64,000 nt of DNA from an uncultured Verrucomicrobiae bacterium (lineage in GTDB: Bacteria; Verrucomicrobiota; Verrucomicrobiia; Limisphaerales; Palsa-1400). Positions 11,799-21,894 of this stretch are shown piece by piece (position 1 is the first letter of the stretch; each line of letters begins with the position of its first letter). The notes under the pieces are model-generated. The model ran no database searches, was not told where the DNA came from, and saw nothing but the letters and a program-made list of their open reading frames with translations. Where the stretch lies: positions 1 through 64,000 of the forward strand of contig CAVPOM010000004.1 of the NCBI GenBank assembly GCA_963707025.1. Reading direction: 5' to 3'. The position numbers were made by a program, and so were the translations under genes.

Positions 11799-13583
11799 AT
11801 GAGAAACATGATTGTTGGTGGCGCGCTGGTTTTAATGGCGGCGCTGTTGGACGCCCCGCCTGCGGCGCAAGGGCAGTTCACTTACACCACGAACGCCGAC
11901 GGCATCACGGCCACCATCACCGGTTACACCGGACCTCCCTGGGCGGTGAGCATCCCTGACACCATCAGCAACCTGAGCGTCAGCAGCATCGGCGACTGGG
12001 CCTTTTATTCCACCGGCGTGATCAACGTCACCATCCCCAACACCGTCAGCAACATCGGGGCCGGGGCGTTCTTTGACTGCGCATCGCTGACCAATGTGAC
12101 CCTGGGTGACAACCTCGCCAGCATCGGCGATTGGGCGTTTGCTTTCTGCTCCAGCCTGACGAACGTCAATTTTCGGGGAAACGCTCCGGCCCTCGGGGGT
12201 GACAATGTATTCTACGGCGACTCGGCGACCGTCAATTACCTGCCGGGCACGGCGGGCTGGGGACCGGCGTTCGGCGGTCTTGCGGCGCTCCTCTGGAACC
12301 CGCCTGTGCTCTACAATTACATGACCAACAACGGCGCCATCACCATCACCAGATACACGGGTCCTGGAGGTTTGGTGGCCATTCCCTCCACGATCAATTT
12401 CCTGCCCGTCACCAGCATTGGGGAATATGCGTTTGCCTTCCGCTCCAGCCTGACCAGCGTCACGATTCCCGGCAGCGTCACCAACATCGGGCTGGCTGCG
12501 TTCGGTGGCTCCTCCAGTCTGACCAACGCCACCATTGCCAATGGCGTCGTCAGTATCGGAGACGGCGCTTTTGACGGATGTGCCAGCCTGGCCAACCTGA
12601 TGATTCCCGGCAGCGTCACCAGCCTCGGGGATTCGGCGTTTTTTTCCTGCACCAGCTTGACGAACTTCACGATTCCCGCCAGCGTCACCAGCATCGGGGC
12701 CGGGGCGTTCGCCGGCTGCTCCAGCCTGTCCAGCGTCACCATTCCCGCCGGGGTCACAATCATTGGGCAGGCGCCATTCGCCGCCGCCCTCAGCATATTC
12801 GCTCCAGGGGTGTCAGTTCGATGTGCCAGCCTGACTGCCATAAATGTGGACCCAGAGAATGCATTTTACAGAAGCATCAATGGAGTTCTGTTTGACAAGA
12901 GCGCGGCCACGCTGCTTCAATACCCGGGCGGAATGGCTGGAGGCTACACGATTCCCGGCGGCGTTACCAGCATCGCATCGGAGGCCTTCTGCGGCACCGC
13001 GCTCACCAGCGTCACCATTCCGGGCAGCGTCACCAACTTCGGGGATTATGCCTTCGCTTTCTGTGCCGGCCTGACCAACGCGACGATTGCCAACGGGGTC
13101 ACCGGCATCACGGGGAACGAGGGGTGGGTGTTTGGTGGCTGCACCAACCTCACCAGCATCACGATTCCCGGCAGCGTCACCAACATCGGCAATTCTGCCT
13201 TCAGTGAGTGCTTCCGCCTGGCAAGCGTCTTTTTCAGTGGTAATGCCCCCGCTGCCAGTTCGTCCGCATTCGTTGTTGACGCAACCGTCTTTTATCTGCC
13301 GGGCACGACGGGCTGGAGCAACTCCTTCAACGGTCGTCCGGCCCTGCTCTGGAACCCGCTGATTCAAACCGCTGACGGCAGTTTTGGCGTGCAGAACGGT
13401 CAATTTGGGTTCAACATCACCGGCACCACCAACATTCCCATCGTCGTGCAAGCCTGCGACAAACTGGCCAGCCCCGTTTGGACTCCGCTGCAAAGCCTCA
13501 CGCTCACCAACGGTGCGTATTATTTCAGCGAGCCTTTTCAGCCGGGCAGTTCCGGGCGCTACTACCGCATCAGCTCGCAATGA
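11799..13583 (+). CDS. BspA-like leucine-rich-repeat (LRR_5) surface protein
   Basis: Signal peptide from ATG 11799; many IP.SVT.IG..AF..C..LT repeats; C-terminal ...GRYYRISSQ domain. Confidence 0.9.
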   Translation: MRNMIVGGALVLMAALLDAPPAAQGQFTYTTNADGITATITGYTGPPWAVSIPDTISNLSVSSIGDWAFYSTGVINVTIPNTVSNIGAGAFFDCASLTNVTLGDNLASIGDWAFAFCSSLTNVNFRGNAPALGGDNVFYGDSATVNYLPGTAGWGPAFGGLAALLWNPPVLYNYMTNNGAITITRYTGPGGLVAIPSTINFLPVTSIGEYAFAFRSSLTSVTIPGSVTNIGLAAFGGSSSLTNATIANGVVSIGDGAFDGCASLANLMIPGSVTSLGDSAFFSCTSLTNFTIPASVTSIGAGAFAGCSSLSSVTIPAGVTIIGQAPFAAALSIFAPGVSVRCASLTAINVDPENAFYRSINGVLFDKSAATLLQYPGGMAGGYTIPGGVTSIASEAFCGTALTSVTIPGSVTNFGDYAFAFCAGLTNATIANGVTGITGNEGWVFGGCTNLTSITIPGSVTNIGNSAFSECFRLASVFFSGNAPAASSSAFVVDATVFYLPGTTGWSNSFNGRPALLWNPLIQTADGSFGVQNGQFGFNITGTTNIPIVVQACDKLASPVWTPLQSLTLTNGAYYFSEPFQPGSSGRYYRISSQ

Positions 13584-13640
13584 TCAATCCGAATGAACTG
13601 CGGGCACTGCGTTCGTTTCATTATTGTAATGTCGGCGCCC

Positions 13641-13806
13641 TGTCCGCCGTAGGCTTGGCGCAGGTGGATGTGCGCCGAAGTCGAGCCACAGGCTCGACTC
13701 TACACCAAATTAAGGCACTTCCGAACTGCGCCGGGACCTGTGGGCCGGGGGGAGGCAGGCGCGGGCTGAACGGACCGTTTTGGCGGCGGTCGCAGACCGG
13801 CACGAC
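13641..13806. repeat. Cluster of short REP-like palindromic repeats
   Basis: tgtccgccgtaggcttggcgcaggtgga (same family as repeats at 38530 and 44520); gtcgagcc-aca-ggctcgac-tctac at 13680-13703 (GTAG on -); degenerate ggcggcggtcgcagaccggcacgaca near 13782. Confidence 0.55.
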
Positions 13807-13879
13807 AGGGGAAGAGGCGGGAATGTCGGAGGGGCGGGATTGCCAAGGTTCCAGAAAGCAGGTATGAAGAAGGGGATTC

Positions 13880-15679
13880 ATGGAATTGTTTCACCTTAAA
13901 CTCAAACGGTTCGTGGTGGCCAACTACCGGAGCGTCAAACGGATCGAGCTGGACCGGCTGGACAATATGGTCTGGCTGGCCGGACGGAATAACGCGGGCA
14001 AATCCAATCTGCTGGACGCCTTCCAGTTTCTGGCCGACGCCGCCATCAGCTTCGAGCACGCCCTGGCGGCGCGGGGCCACGATCTGGCGCAGGTCATGCA
14101 CCGCAAGAAACCGCACGCCAAAATGGAATTTCAGTTTGAATTCGTTCTGGCGGCGGACAAACGGGCCGAATTGGTCCAGCAACTCTTCGGCGAAAAGACG
14201 GCGGCCTCCGGCGCGCTGGCCGGGGATTTTCTCACGGCGCTGACGCTGAAGGTGGTGATTGGCCGGGACTTTTTTTCGGAGGAGCTTTCCACGCCCAATT
14301 TGCGCGGCGACCGGCCTTGTCTGATTTTTGCCATCAAGGGCGCGCCGAAGAAGACGGAGGTGACCTACGGGCAGTTGGAGGCGTTGTGCAAGAAACACCT
14401 GGACGAGATTCCCTCCGAACCGTTCGTGCCCGATGTGCCGCCGGAACCGAGCCAGCCGTTCCGGCTGCGGCTGGGCCGGCCGGAGTCGGGCGCGGTTTAT
14501 GAGGTTTCCAACGAGCTGGCCGACGGGGTGAGGCGGCAGTTCAGCGGGCTGGAATGGGCCGCGCCGCCGGATCGCATCCCGTCAGCGGACGACCGGCAGC
14601 CGGCCCTGGCGGCGGAAGCGGCCAATTTGCCGGAGGTGCTGCACTGGATTTACAACAACAAGCCGAGCCAATTCCGGCGCATCGAAGCGCAGGTGCAGAG
14701 GCTGATCCCGCGCCTGGGCAGGCTGCACACCCCGACGGTGGAGAAGGCCACGACGCTGGCGCTGATTGATCCGCGCGACGACGAGTTGGTTTATTCGCTG
14801 AGCCAGATGAGTTCGGGCATGCGGGCCGTGGTGGCCCTGGTCACCAAAGTGATGCTGGCCGCCCCCGGGTGCTGGCTTTGCCTGGAGGAGCCGGAGTACT
14901 GCCTGCATCCCCAGGCGCAGAGGCGGCTCATGCAATTCCTGCGCGCGGAATCGGCCGGCAAACGAATTTTCGGCGCCACCCATTCTCCCGCCATCGCCGC
15001 CGCCTGCCCCATGTCGTCCTTGTTTCTGGTGCGGCGCGACGCCGACAACTGCACGGTGGCGCTGCCGGTGACGCCGGCCAACGCGGCCCAGGTGATCGAG
15101 GAACTGGGCATCGCCACCCCCTTCGGTTTTGAGGCCGACACCGTGGTCTTTGTGGAACAGTCCGATTACATTCCGGTCTATGAGGCCTGGGCCAGGAAGT
15201 ACGGATTCCGCATCGAGGTGCAGTTTCTGGCCTGTGACGGGGGCGACACGCTGCAGTACCTGGCCAACGCGCGGGTGGCCTTGAGCCGGTTCGTGCGCAC
15301 GGTGGTCTTCGCCGTCTTTGGCAACGGCAGCGCGCAGAACCGCACGACCGTCGCGCAACACCTGGAATTGCCGGAGGACCAGGTGGTGACGCTGGATTTC
15401 CCGGAGTTGGAAGGGTGCCTGCTGGAGGCCAAGGCCATTCGCAAGGCCTTTCCCGCCATCACCCTTTCCGAAACCGAACTGGAGGCGCGCCTGGACCCCG
15501 CGCTGATTTTGCTGGACCAGAAGAAGGCGCTGCGCGAGCTGCTGGCCGAGTTCAAGATCGGGGAGTACGACGGCCATCTGGGCGGGCGGATCGCGGAGGC
15601 CATGGAAAACATCCCGCCGGATGTCGCGCAATTATTCGGGAAAATAGAGGCGCGCGCCAAGCCGTTCTGGGAGATTTAG
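13880..15679 (+). CDS. ABC/AAA_15-type ATPase fused to a degenerate TOPRIM-like domain (OLD-family architecture)
   Basis: Walker A GRNNAGKSN, signature MSSG, Walker B CLEEPE, H-loop ATHSP, then VVFVE and ELE motifs. Confidence 0.75.
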   Translation: MELFHLKLKRFVVANYRSVKRIELDRLDNMVWLAGRNNAGKSNLLDAFQFLADAAISFEHALAARGHDLAQVMHRKKPHAKMEFQFEFVLAADKRAELVQQLFGEKTAASGALAGDFLTALTLKVVIGRDFFSEELSTPNLRGDRPCLIFAIKGAPKKTEVTYGQLEALCKKHLDEIPSEPFVPDVPPEPSQPFRLRLGRPESGAVYEVSNELADGVRRQFSGLEWAAPPDRIPSADDRQPALAAEAANLPEVLHWIYNNKPSQFRRIEAQVQRLIPRLGRLHTPTVEKATTLALIDPRDDELVYSLSQMSSGMRAVVALVTKVMLAAPGCWLCLEEPEYCLHPQAQRRLMQFLRAESAGKRIFGATHSPAIAAACPMSSLFLVRRDADNCTVALPVTPANAAQVIEELGIATPFGFEADTVVFVEQSDYIPVYEAWARKYGFRIEVQFLACDGGDTLQYLANARVALSRFVRTVVFAVFGNGSAQNRTTVAQHLELPEDQVVTLDFPELEGCLLEAKAIRKAFPAITLSETELEARLDPALILLDQKKALRELLAEFKIGEYDGHLGGRIAEAMENIPPDVAQLFGKIEARAKPFWEI

Positions 15680-15787
15680 AGCATTTTCAATAAAACTGCA
15701 GCCCTTTCACCTGAGCGGGATTCGGTGAACCGGCTTGCCTCCTGCAGTTGCAATTCTGTTTAAAGAACTCTGATTATCTTTAAGAAG

Positions 15788-15832
15788 AAACTCCCCGCAT
15801 TGTCACAATACTCAATGCGGGGAGTTTTATTT
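15788..15832. terminator. Probable bidirectional intrinsic terminator
   Basis: aaactccccgcattg-N10-caatgcggggagttt, a 15-bp perfect inverted repeat followed by T-rich sequence, between convergent genes. Confidence 0.7.
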
Positions 15833-15977
15833 TACATATCGCAATTGAAGCTGTCGAGAAAAAAGATTGGAGCATTTGCGATGTGCGATGAGACTGGCAA
15901 CATAACGCCCGGCCGGGATGCAATGAACCGGATGGCCTGCTGCGGCCACGCCTCTATCTAAACCGCACTAAGGGCGC

Positions 15978-16700
15978 TCACTTGAAGGCGGCATAGACGC
16001 GGTGGACGTCGTCGTGGTCGTCGAGGGCGGTGAGGAAATCGGTGACTTGCTTGCGGGCGGGTTCGTCGAGGGCGACGAAGTTCTTGGCCAGGAAGCGGAT
16101 TTCGGCGGCGAGGATGGTCCAGCCCGCCGCCTGCAGGGCTTTGGAGACCGCGTCCAGGTCTTTGATTTCGGTCAGGAAACGCGCCCCTTTTTGGCCGGCC
16201 GGAATTTCCTCCGCGTCGAGGGCCTCCACTTCCTGCGCGCCGGTTTCAATGGCGTCGGCTTCGGCGTCGCGGTTGGGATCGGCATGGGTGGCTTCGACCA
16301 CGCCAAGATGGTTGAAAAAAAAGGCGACGCTGCCCGGCTGCCCCAGGGAGCCGGCTTTGAACAACATGCGGATCTCCGGAGCGGTGCGGTTGCGATTGTC
16401 GGTCAGGCACTCAACGACGATGGGAACCTTGTGGGGCGCGAAGCCCTCGTAGGTGACCAGTTCGAAGACGACCTTTTCCTCGGTCAATCCCGCGCCCTTT
16501 TTGATGGCCCGCTCGATGGTGTCGCGGTAAACGGAGCTTTTGCGCGCCTTCTCCACCGCGGCGGCCAGACGGGGGTTGAGTGCGGGATCGGGTCCGCCGA
16601 GTTTGGCGGCGACCATGATTTCGCGGACCAGCTTGACCACCATCTGCCCCTTTTTCTGGGCATTGGCTTCGCGGCCGGCTTGTTTCCATTGCGCGCCCAC
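15978..16700 (-). CDS. yebC: YebC/PmpR family protein
   Basis: GGPDPALNPRL, YEGFAP, VECLTDNRNRT, LDDHDDVHRVY. Confidence 0.92.
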   Translation of the reverse strand: MGAQWKQAGREANAQKKGQMVVKLVREIMVAAKLGGPDPALNPRLAAAVEKARKSSVYRDTIERAIKKGAGLTEEKVVFELVTYEGFAPHKVPIVVECLTDNRNRTAPEIRMLFKAGSLGQPGSVAFFFNHLGVVEATHADPNRDAEADAIETGAQEVEALDAEEIPAGQKGARFLTEIKDLDAVSKALQAAGWTILAAEIRFLAKNFVALDEPARKQVTDFLTALDDHDDVHRVYAAFK

Positions 16701-16955
16701 TTTAGCAAACTCCTGGAACGGTGGTGGTCATTCGGCCGGACAGTGTGCGGCGGAGCCGGCGGCCGTCAACCTTTCCGGCAGCACCTGAGCCGCGCCGTTA
16801 ATAGCGCAATTACTCGTAATGCCTCAGTGACGGCAGGGACACCGTCGGAGTGCGCCGGTCCCCGGGCGCAGCAACGTCCGGACCTCAGCCGCGGGACAAA
16901 TCCCGAAGGCGCCGTGTCTTTGCCTGGTGCTGCGCCCGAGGACGGGGAATGGCGC

Positions 16956-17303
16956 TTAAATAAGACCTAAAACTTTCTTACCCAGCCTCTTACGACGCGG
17001 GGGATGCGGGATGGTTTCAAACAAGACCTGACGGCTCAAGCGTTGCATGGCTTTGATGGTGGCTTGCACCTCCCGCCACTCGGCAATGGCGTCATGGAGC
17101 CACTCATATTGTTCTTTGGAGAGAGCGACACTGACCGTTTTGCCTTTGACCTTGCGGGTCCACTGATAACAAGGGCCGCCTGCTCCGGGGCCGCGGTCTT
17201 GCACGTAGCCCTCGCTGATCCAGCCGGTTCTGGCCAGCCGGTCGCGTAATTGGGCGTATTGGGCCTGCCATTGGGCTGGCCGGGTTGTTTTGTGAGTCGG
17301 CAT
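16956..17303 (-). CDS. IS passenger/accessory protein, 115 aa, basic; resembles DUF6788-type transposase-adjacent proteins
   Basis: MPTHKT...GPCYQWTRKVKGKTVSVAL...; its stop codon lies inside the left TIR; family resemblance recalled, not searched. Confidence 0.7.
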   Translation of the reverse strand: MPTHKTTRPAQWQAQYAQLRDRLARTGWISEGYVQDRGPGAGGPCYQWTRKVKGKTVSVALSKEQYEWLHDAIAEWREVQATIKAMQRLSRQVLFETIPHPPRRKRLGKKVLGLI

Positions 17304-17352
17304 AAAGAAAAGAGTAGCAGACGTGTCAATAAGGCGGTATATATACCGCCTT

Positions 17353-18840
17353 ATGCCCGACACCCCCTTCTTCCCGGCCTGGCGGCCCCGTCTGGCGGCG
17401 GCGGGCCGCCGCTGTGCCCACAGCCTGGCGCGCCTCCGTCACGCCACCTTGAGTCAGATCGAGGACCGCCTGGCTCCCGCCTTGCCCACCGACCTCCTGC
17501 GAAAACCGGCCGCCGGCGACTACTCCCGCGAGCAGGTTTACACTCTGGTTCGCACCTGGTGGTGCTGGGTCTGGCCAGTCTTCCAAGCCAACACTTCCTG
17601 CCGCCACGTCGTCCTTCAGGTGCAGGCCCTGCTGGCCTTGGTCCAAGGCCCGGAACCGGAGCCGGACAGCAGCGCCTATTGCCAGGCCCGCGCCAAACTC
17701 CCCCTGGCCTTGCTGGAGCAAGCCTTCGCGGCCAGCGCCGACAGCGCCGAAAAGCGCGCCCCGGCCAGTACGCTGCTACAGGGCCGCCCGTTGAAAGCGG
17801 TCGATGGCAGCGGCACCCACCTGCCCGACACCCCGGCCAATCGGGCGGCCTTTCCCCCCAGCCAAAGCCTGCAGCCCGGCGGCGGCTTTCCCCACCTGCG
17901 CGTGGTGGCTCTGTTCTCCGCCGCCAGCGGCGCCCTTTTGGCCAAAGCCACCGGCAGCCTGCGCTCCTCCGAACTGGCTCTGTTTCTCCACGGCTTGCGC
18001 TCGGCTTTGCACCCCGGCGACATCCTCTTGGGCGACCGCGCCTATGGGGTTTATATTATCGCCGCCGTCCTCCAACTCCTGGGCGTGGATTTGCTCGCGC
18101 GGGTCTCCGTGCGCAACCGCAAGGTGGATTTCCGCCAGGCCCGCCAACGCCTGGGTCACTGGGACGCGCTCTTTACCTGGTCCAAACCCGGCCGGCCTTC
18201 GCCCCTGCTTTCGTTCCTGGAATGGCTCGGACTGCCGCCGCAGATCACGGTGCGGGTGCTGCGCGCGCGCCTGAGCCGGGCCGGCTTCCGCACCCGCCAC
18301 CTGACCCTGGTCACGACCCTGTTGGATGCGGCGCTTTTTCCAGCGGAGGAACTGGCGGCCGCTTATGCCCGGCGCTGGCGCATGGAACTGTGCCTGGACG
18401 ATCTCAAAACCACCCTGGGCATGCAGAGCCTGCATTGCCTCTGTCCCCGCATGGTGGAGAAAGAACTCCTGCTCTTCCTCACCGCCCATAATTTCCTGCG
18501 CTGGATCATGGCCGAAGCCGCGCAAAGCCAGAACGTGGACTTGGATCGGATCAGTTTCAAAGGCAGCCTGGACGCCTTCCGGCAATGGACGCAGGCACTG
18601 GCACAACTCGGACACGCCCGGAACAAAGGGGGACGGCGCCGCCAATTATGGCAGCGGCTGCTCCGAAGGCTGGCGACCGATCTGGTGCCCAGGCGTCCGG
18701 GAAGAGCGGAGCCGCGCGCTGTCAAGAAACGATCCAAATACCCCCATTTGAACAAATCGCGGCATCAATACCGCCAGCCCTGGAGCCGCAATAAACGCCG
18801 CCGTCTGGCCCGGGCCAAAAGAAAGGCTTCCCTTATTTAA
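17353..18840 (+). CDS. IS4-family DDE transposase (495 aa)
   Basis: AVDGS, LGDRAY and the Y-x2-R-x3-E-x6-K motif (YARRWRMELCLDDLK); stop inside the right TIR. Confidence 0.93.
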   Translation: MPDTPFFPAWRPRLAAAGRRCAHSLARLRHATLSQIEDRLAPALPTDLLRKPAAGDYSREQVYTLVRTWWCWVWPVFQANTSCRHVVLQVQALLALVQGPEPEPDSSAYCQARAKLPLALLEQAFAASADSAEKRAPASTLLQGRPLKAVDGSGTHLPDTPANRAAFPPSQSLQPGGGFPHLRVVALFSAASGALLAKATGSLRSSELALFLHGLRSALHPGDILLGDRAYGVYIIAAVLQLLGVDLLARVSVRNRKVDFRQARQRLGHWDALFTWSKPGRPSPLLSFLEWLGLPPQITVRVLRARLSRAGFRTRHLTLVTTLLDAALFPAEELAAAYARRWRMELCLDDLKTTLGMQSLHCLCPRMVEKELLLFLTAHNFLRWIMAEAAQSQNVDLDRISFKGSLDAFRQWTQALAQLGHARNKGGRRRQLWQRLLRRLATDLVPRRPGRAEPRAVKKRSKYPHLNKSRHQYRQPWSRNKRRRLARAKRKASLI

Positions 18841-18929
18841 GCGCCATTCCCCGAGGACGGGCGCACTCCTTCACCGAGGCATTGCAATTACTCTTTGAAC
18901 TTCATTTTTCCGAACCCTATAATCGGCCG

Positions 18930-20240
18930 ATGCTTGATATCAAATTGATTCGCGAACAAGCCGAGTCGGTCCGCCAGCGCCTGGCCACGCGCGGGGCAGG
19001 GGATGAAAGCAAAATTGACCAGATTCTTTCCCTGGACGAGCAACGACGCAAAATGCTGGTGGAAGCGGAGCAGTTGAAAGCTTCCCGCAATCGCGTCTCC
19101 AAGGAGATCGGCGCGCTCATGGCGCAAAAGAAGGCGCCCGAAGCCGAGGCCAAAAAAGCCGAGACCCGCCAGATGGGGGAGCGCATAGCGGCCTTGGACA
19201 AGAGCATCATGGAAGCCCAAGAGCAGCGCGACGCCTTGCTGCTGCAATTGCCCAATCTGCCCCATGCCAGCGTGAAGATCGGCCGGACGGCGGCGGACAA
19301 TGTGGAGGTGCGCGTCTGGGGCAGGAAGGCGGAGTTTCAGTTCAAGCCCAAAACGCACGTTGAATTGTGCGAGTCGCTCGGCCTGGTGGATTTCGCGCGC
19401 GCCGCGAAAATTTCCGGCAGCGGATTTCTGCTTTACACCAATTGGGGCGCGCGGCTGGAACGGGCGCTGATCCAATTCCTCCTCGAATTGCACACGGGCG
19501 AGCACGGCTACACCGAGGTTTCCCCGCCCTATCTGGTCAACGCCGCCTGCATGACCGGGGTGGGCCAGTTCCCCAAGTTTGCCGACCAGTATTACGCCGT
19601 GCAGGAAGGGTTGGACGCGGCCACGCTGGGAAAACTGTTTCTCATCCCCACCGCCGAGACGCCGGTGGCCAACCTGCACCGCGAGGAGATTTTGCCGGAA
19701 AGCCGGCTGCCGGTTTATTATTGCGCCTACACGCCCTGTTTTCGCGGCGAGGCGGGCGCGGCGGGGGTGGGCACGCGCGGCATGATCCGAGTCCACCAAT
19801 TTGACAAGGTGGAACTGATCAAGATCACGCGGCCGGAAGACGGTTACGCGGAGCTGGAGAAACTGGCGGCCAACGCCGAGCGGGTGCTGCAACTGCTGGG
19901 CCTGCATTACCGGCTGATCCAGCTTTGCACCGGGGACCTGGGATTTGCCAGCGCGCTGACTTACGACCTGGAGGTGTGGGCGCCGGGACAGGGGCAGTAT
20001 CTGGAAGTGTCCAGTTGCTCCAACTGCGAGGATTTCCAGGCGCGTCGCATGAATCTGCGTTACAAAACTGAAGCGGGCGAAAACAAATTCCCGCACATCC
20101 TCAACGGCAGCGGGACGGCCCTGGCCCGGCTTTTTGTGGCGCTGGTGGAAACCTGCCAGCAAGCCGACGGCAGCGTGCTCATTCCGCCGGTCTTGCAGCC
20201 GTGGATGAAAACCGAGCGCCTGGCGCCGCCGCCGGCTTAG
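18930..20240 (+). CDS. serS: Serine--tRNA ligase
   Basis: MLDIKLIR, LIPTAE, FRGEAG...RGMIRVHQFDKVE, EVSSCSNCEDFQARR, LNGSG. Confidence 0.98.
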   Translation: MLDIKLIREQAESVRQRLATRGAGDESKIDQILSLDEQRRKMLVEAEQLKASRNRVSKEIGALMAQKKAPEAEAKKAETRQMGERIAALDKSIMEAQEQRDALLLQLPNLPHASVKIGRTAADNVEVRVWGRKAEFQFKPKTHVELCESLGLVDFARAAKISGSGFLLYTNWGARLERALIQFLLELHTGEHGYTEVSPPYLVNAACMTGVGQFPKFADQYYAVQEGLDAATLGKLFLIPTAETPVANLHREEILPESRLPVYYCAYTPCFRGEAGAAGVGTRGMIRVHQFDKVELIKITRPEDGYAELEKLAANAERVLQLLGLHYRLIQLCTGDLGFASALTYDLEVWAPGQGQYLEVSSCSNCEDFQARRMNLRYKTEAGENKFPHILNGSGTALARLFVALVETCQQADGSVLIPPVLQPWMKTERLAPPPA

Positions 20241-20344
20241 GCCATGCGCACCCGGAAAATGAGCGCCCAGGCTGGAATTTTTTGGTCCCATCCGACGGAT
20301 CGGTCGGATCGGTCGGATCTTCACCGCGCGAGCGGCGATTTCGC

Positions 20345-21829
20345 ATGAAAATTCTCCTGGCGAGCAGTGAGGTTTATCCTTACTCCAAATCCGGCGGCCT
20401 GGCCGACATGCTCGGGGCCCTGGCCAAATTCCTGGGGCGCGCCGGGCATGAGGTGGGGCTGGTCACGCCGCTCTATCGCGGCATTCGCGAGCGTTTTCCC
20501 GGCCTGGAGCCGCTGGACTGGCAACTGGATTTGCCGCTGGGCGGGGAACGAGTTCAGGGCAAAGTCTGGGTGCGCCATCTGGCCGATGGGGAGAGGATTT
20601 ATTTTATTGATCACCCGCCCTTCTACGACCGGGCGGAATTATATGGCGAACGGGGCGCGGATTATCCGGACAATGCGGAGCGTTATATTTTCTTTTCCAA
20701 AAGCGTGGTCAACCTGGCCCGCTATCTGCCTTGGCAGCCGGAGGTGCTGCATGTCCATGATTGGCAGGCGGCCCTGGCCGCGGCCTTCGTCGCGGACGAA
20801 AAGGGGCGCGGCGGCTGGGCCGCGCCGCCGCCGGTCTGCCTGACGATTCATAACCTGGCCTTCCAGGGCAATTTCCCCGCCGGGCGATTCGCCCTGACCA
20901 ACCTGCCCAGGGAGTTTTTTCAACCCGGCGGGATGGAATTTTACGGCGGGATGAGTTGTCTCAAAGCGGGCATCACTTATGCCGACCTGATCACCACGGT
21001 CAGCCCCCGCTACGCCCGGGAAATCACCACCGAGGAGTATGGGTGCGGGCTGGACGGGGTGTTGCGCGGGAGGCAGGACGCGCTGGTGGGAATTCTCAAC
21101 GGGGTTGATTATGACGAGTGGACGACGCAGGCCAACCCCTATCTGAGCCACTTTTACACCGCCCGCGATTTGCGGGGCAAAACCGCCAATAAAATGGAAT
21201 TGCAGGAGGAACTGGGCCTGCCCGTCCGCGCCGAGGTCCCGCTGTTCGGCACGGTGGCGCGCCTGGCGCAGCAAAAGGGGGTGGACATTCAATTGGGCGC
21301 GCTGGAGGAGATGCTGGCGGCCGACATGCAGTTCATTTTGCTGGGCAGCGGCGGGCGGGAATTTGAGCGCGGCTACCGCAAGCTGGCCCTGCGCCACCCC
21401 GGCAAATGCGCCGTCAAAATTGGTTTTGACACCATCCTCTCCCATCGCATCGAGTCCGGCTGCGATTTTTTCCTGATGCCCTCGCTCTTTGAGCCGTGCG
21501 GATTGAACCAGATGTACAGCCTGCGCTACGGCACGGTCCCCATCGTCCGCGTCACCGGCGGGCTGGACGACTCGGTGACGGACGCGACCGACGCCGCGGA
21601 CAAGGCCGACGGCATTAAATTCCGCGAGTATTCGGTGCGCGCCCTGGCCAAGGCCATCCGCAAAGCCCTGGTTCTTTACGCGGACAAGGAATTGCTCGAT
21701 CGCTATCGCCGCAACGGCATGGCCAAGGATTTCTCCTGGAGCCGCACCGCCGCCGCCTACGAGGTGGTGTACCGCCAGGTCCTCCAGTCCCGCCAAATGG
21801 CGGCGCCGGCCGACCCAATCGGGGCATGA
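20345..21829 (+). CDS. glgA: Glycogen synthase
   Basis: KSGGLAD, HVHDWQ, TIHNLAFQG, MPSLFEPCGLNQMYSLRYGT. Confidence 0.97.
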   Translation: MKILLASSEVYPYSKSGGLADMLGALAKFLGRAGHEVGLVTPLYRGIRERFPGLEPLDWQLDLPLGGERVQGKVWVRHLADGERIYFIDHPPFYDRAELYGERGADYPDNAERYIFFSKSVVNLARYLPWQPEVLHVHDWQAALAAAFVADEKGRGGWAAPPPVCLTIHNLAFQGNFPAGRFALTNLPREFFQPGGMEFYGGMSCLKAGITYADLITTVSPRYAREITTEEYGCGLDGVLRGRQDALVGILNGVDYDEWTTQANPYLSHFYTARDLRGKTANKMELQEELGLPVRAEVPLFGTVARLAQQKGVDIQLGALEEMLAADMQFILLGSGGREFERGYRKLALRHPGKCAVKIGFDTILSHRIESGCDFFLMPSLFEPCGLNQMYSLRYGTVPIVRVTGGLDDSVTDATDAADKADGIKFREYSVRALAKAIRKALVLYADKELLDRYRRNGMAKDFSWSRTAAAYEVVYRQVLQSRQMAAPADPIGA

Positions 21830-21894
21830 CCCTGGGTTGGCGCTGGCCTTGGAGGGGGATTTGGGTCCAAGATGGCGGCGGCAAGAGTTCCAGC

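Larger units (their letters stand above)
16946..18850 (+). mobile_element. IS4-family insertion sequence, 1905 bp, 19-bp perfect TIRs, 10-bp TSD
   Basis: TIR ggaatggcgcttaaataag (16946-16964) / cttatttaagcgccattcc (18832-18850); TSD ccgaggacgg at 16936-16945 and 18851-18860. Confidence 0.95.
16847..18869. repeat. GGAG-type REP inverted pair interrupted by the IS
   Basis: Left arm ggagtgcgccggtccccgggcgcagca (16847-16873); the right arm tgctgcgcccgaggacgggcgcactcc is restored after removing the IS and one TSD copy; 25/27 complementary. Confidence 0.8.

Noticed and set aside
15680..15775. Weak inverted repeats (aactgcag...ctgcagtt) as a possible sRNA or MITE
   Set aside because: Short, single copy in the window, no TSD or family match
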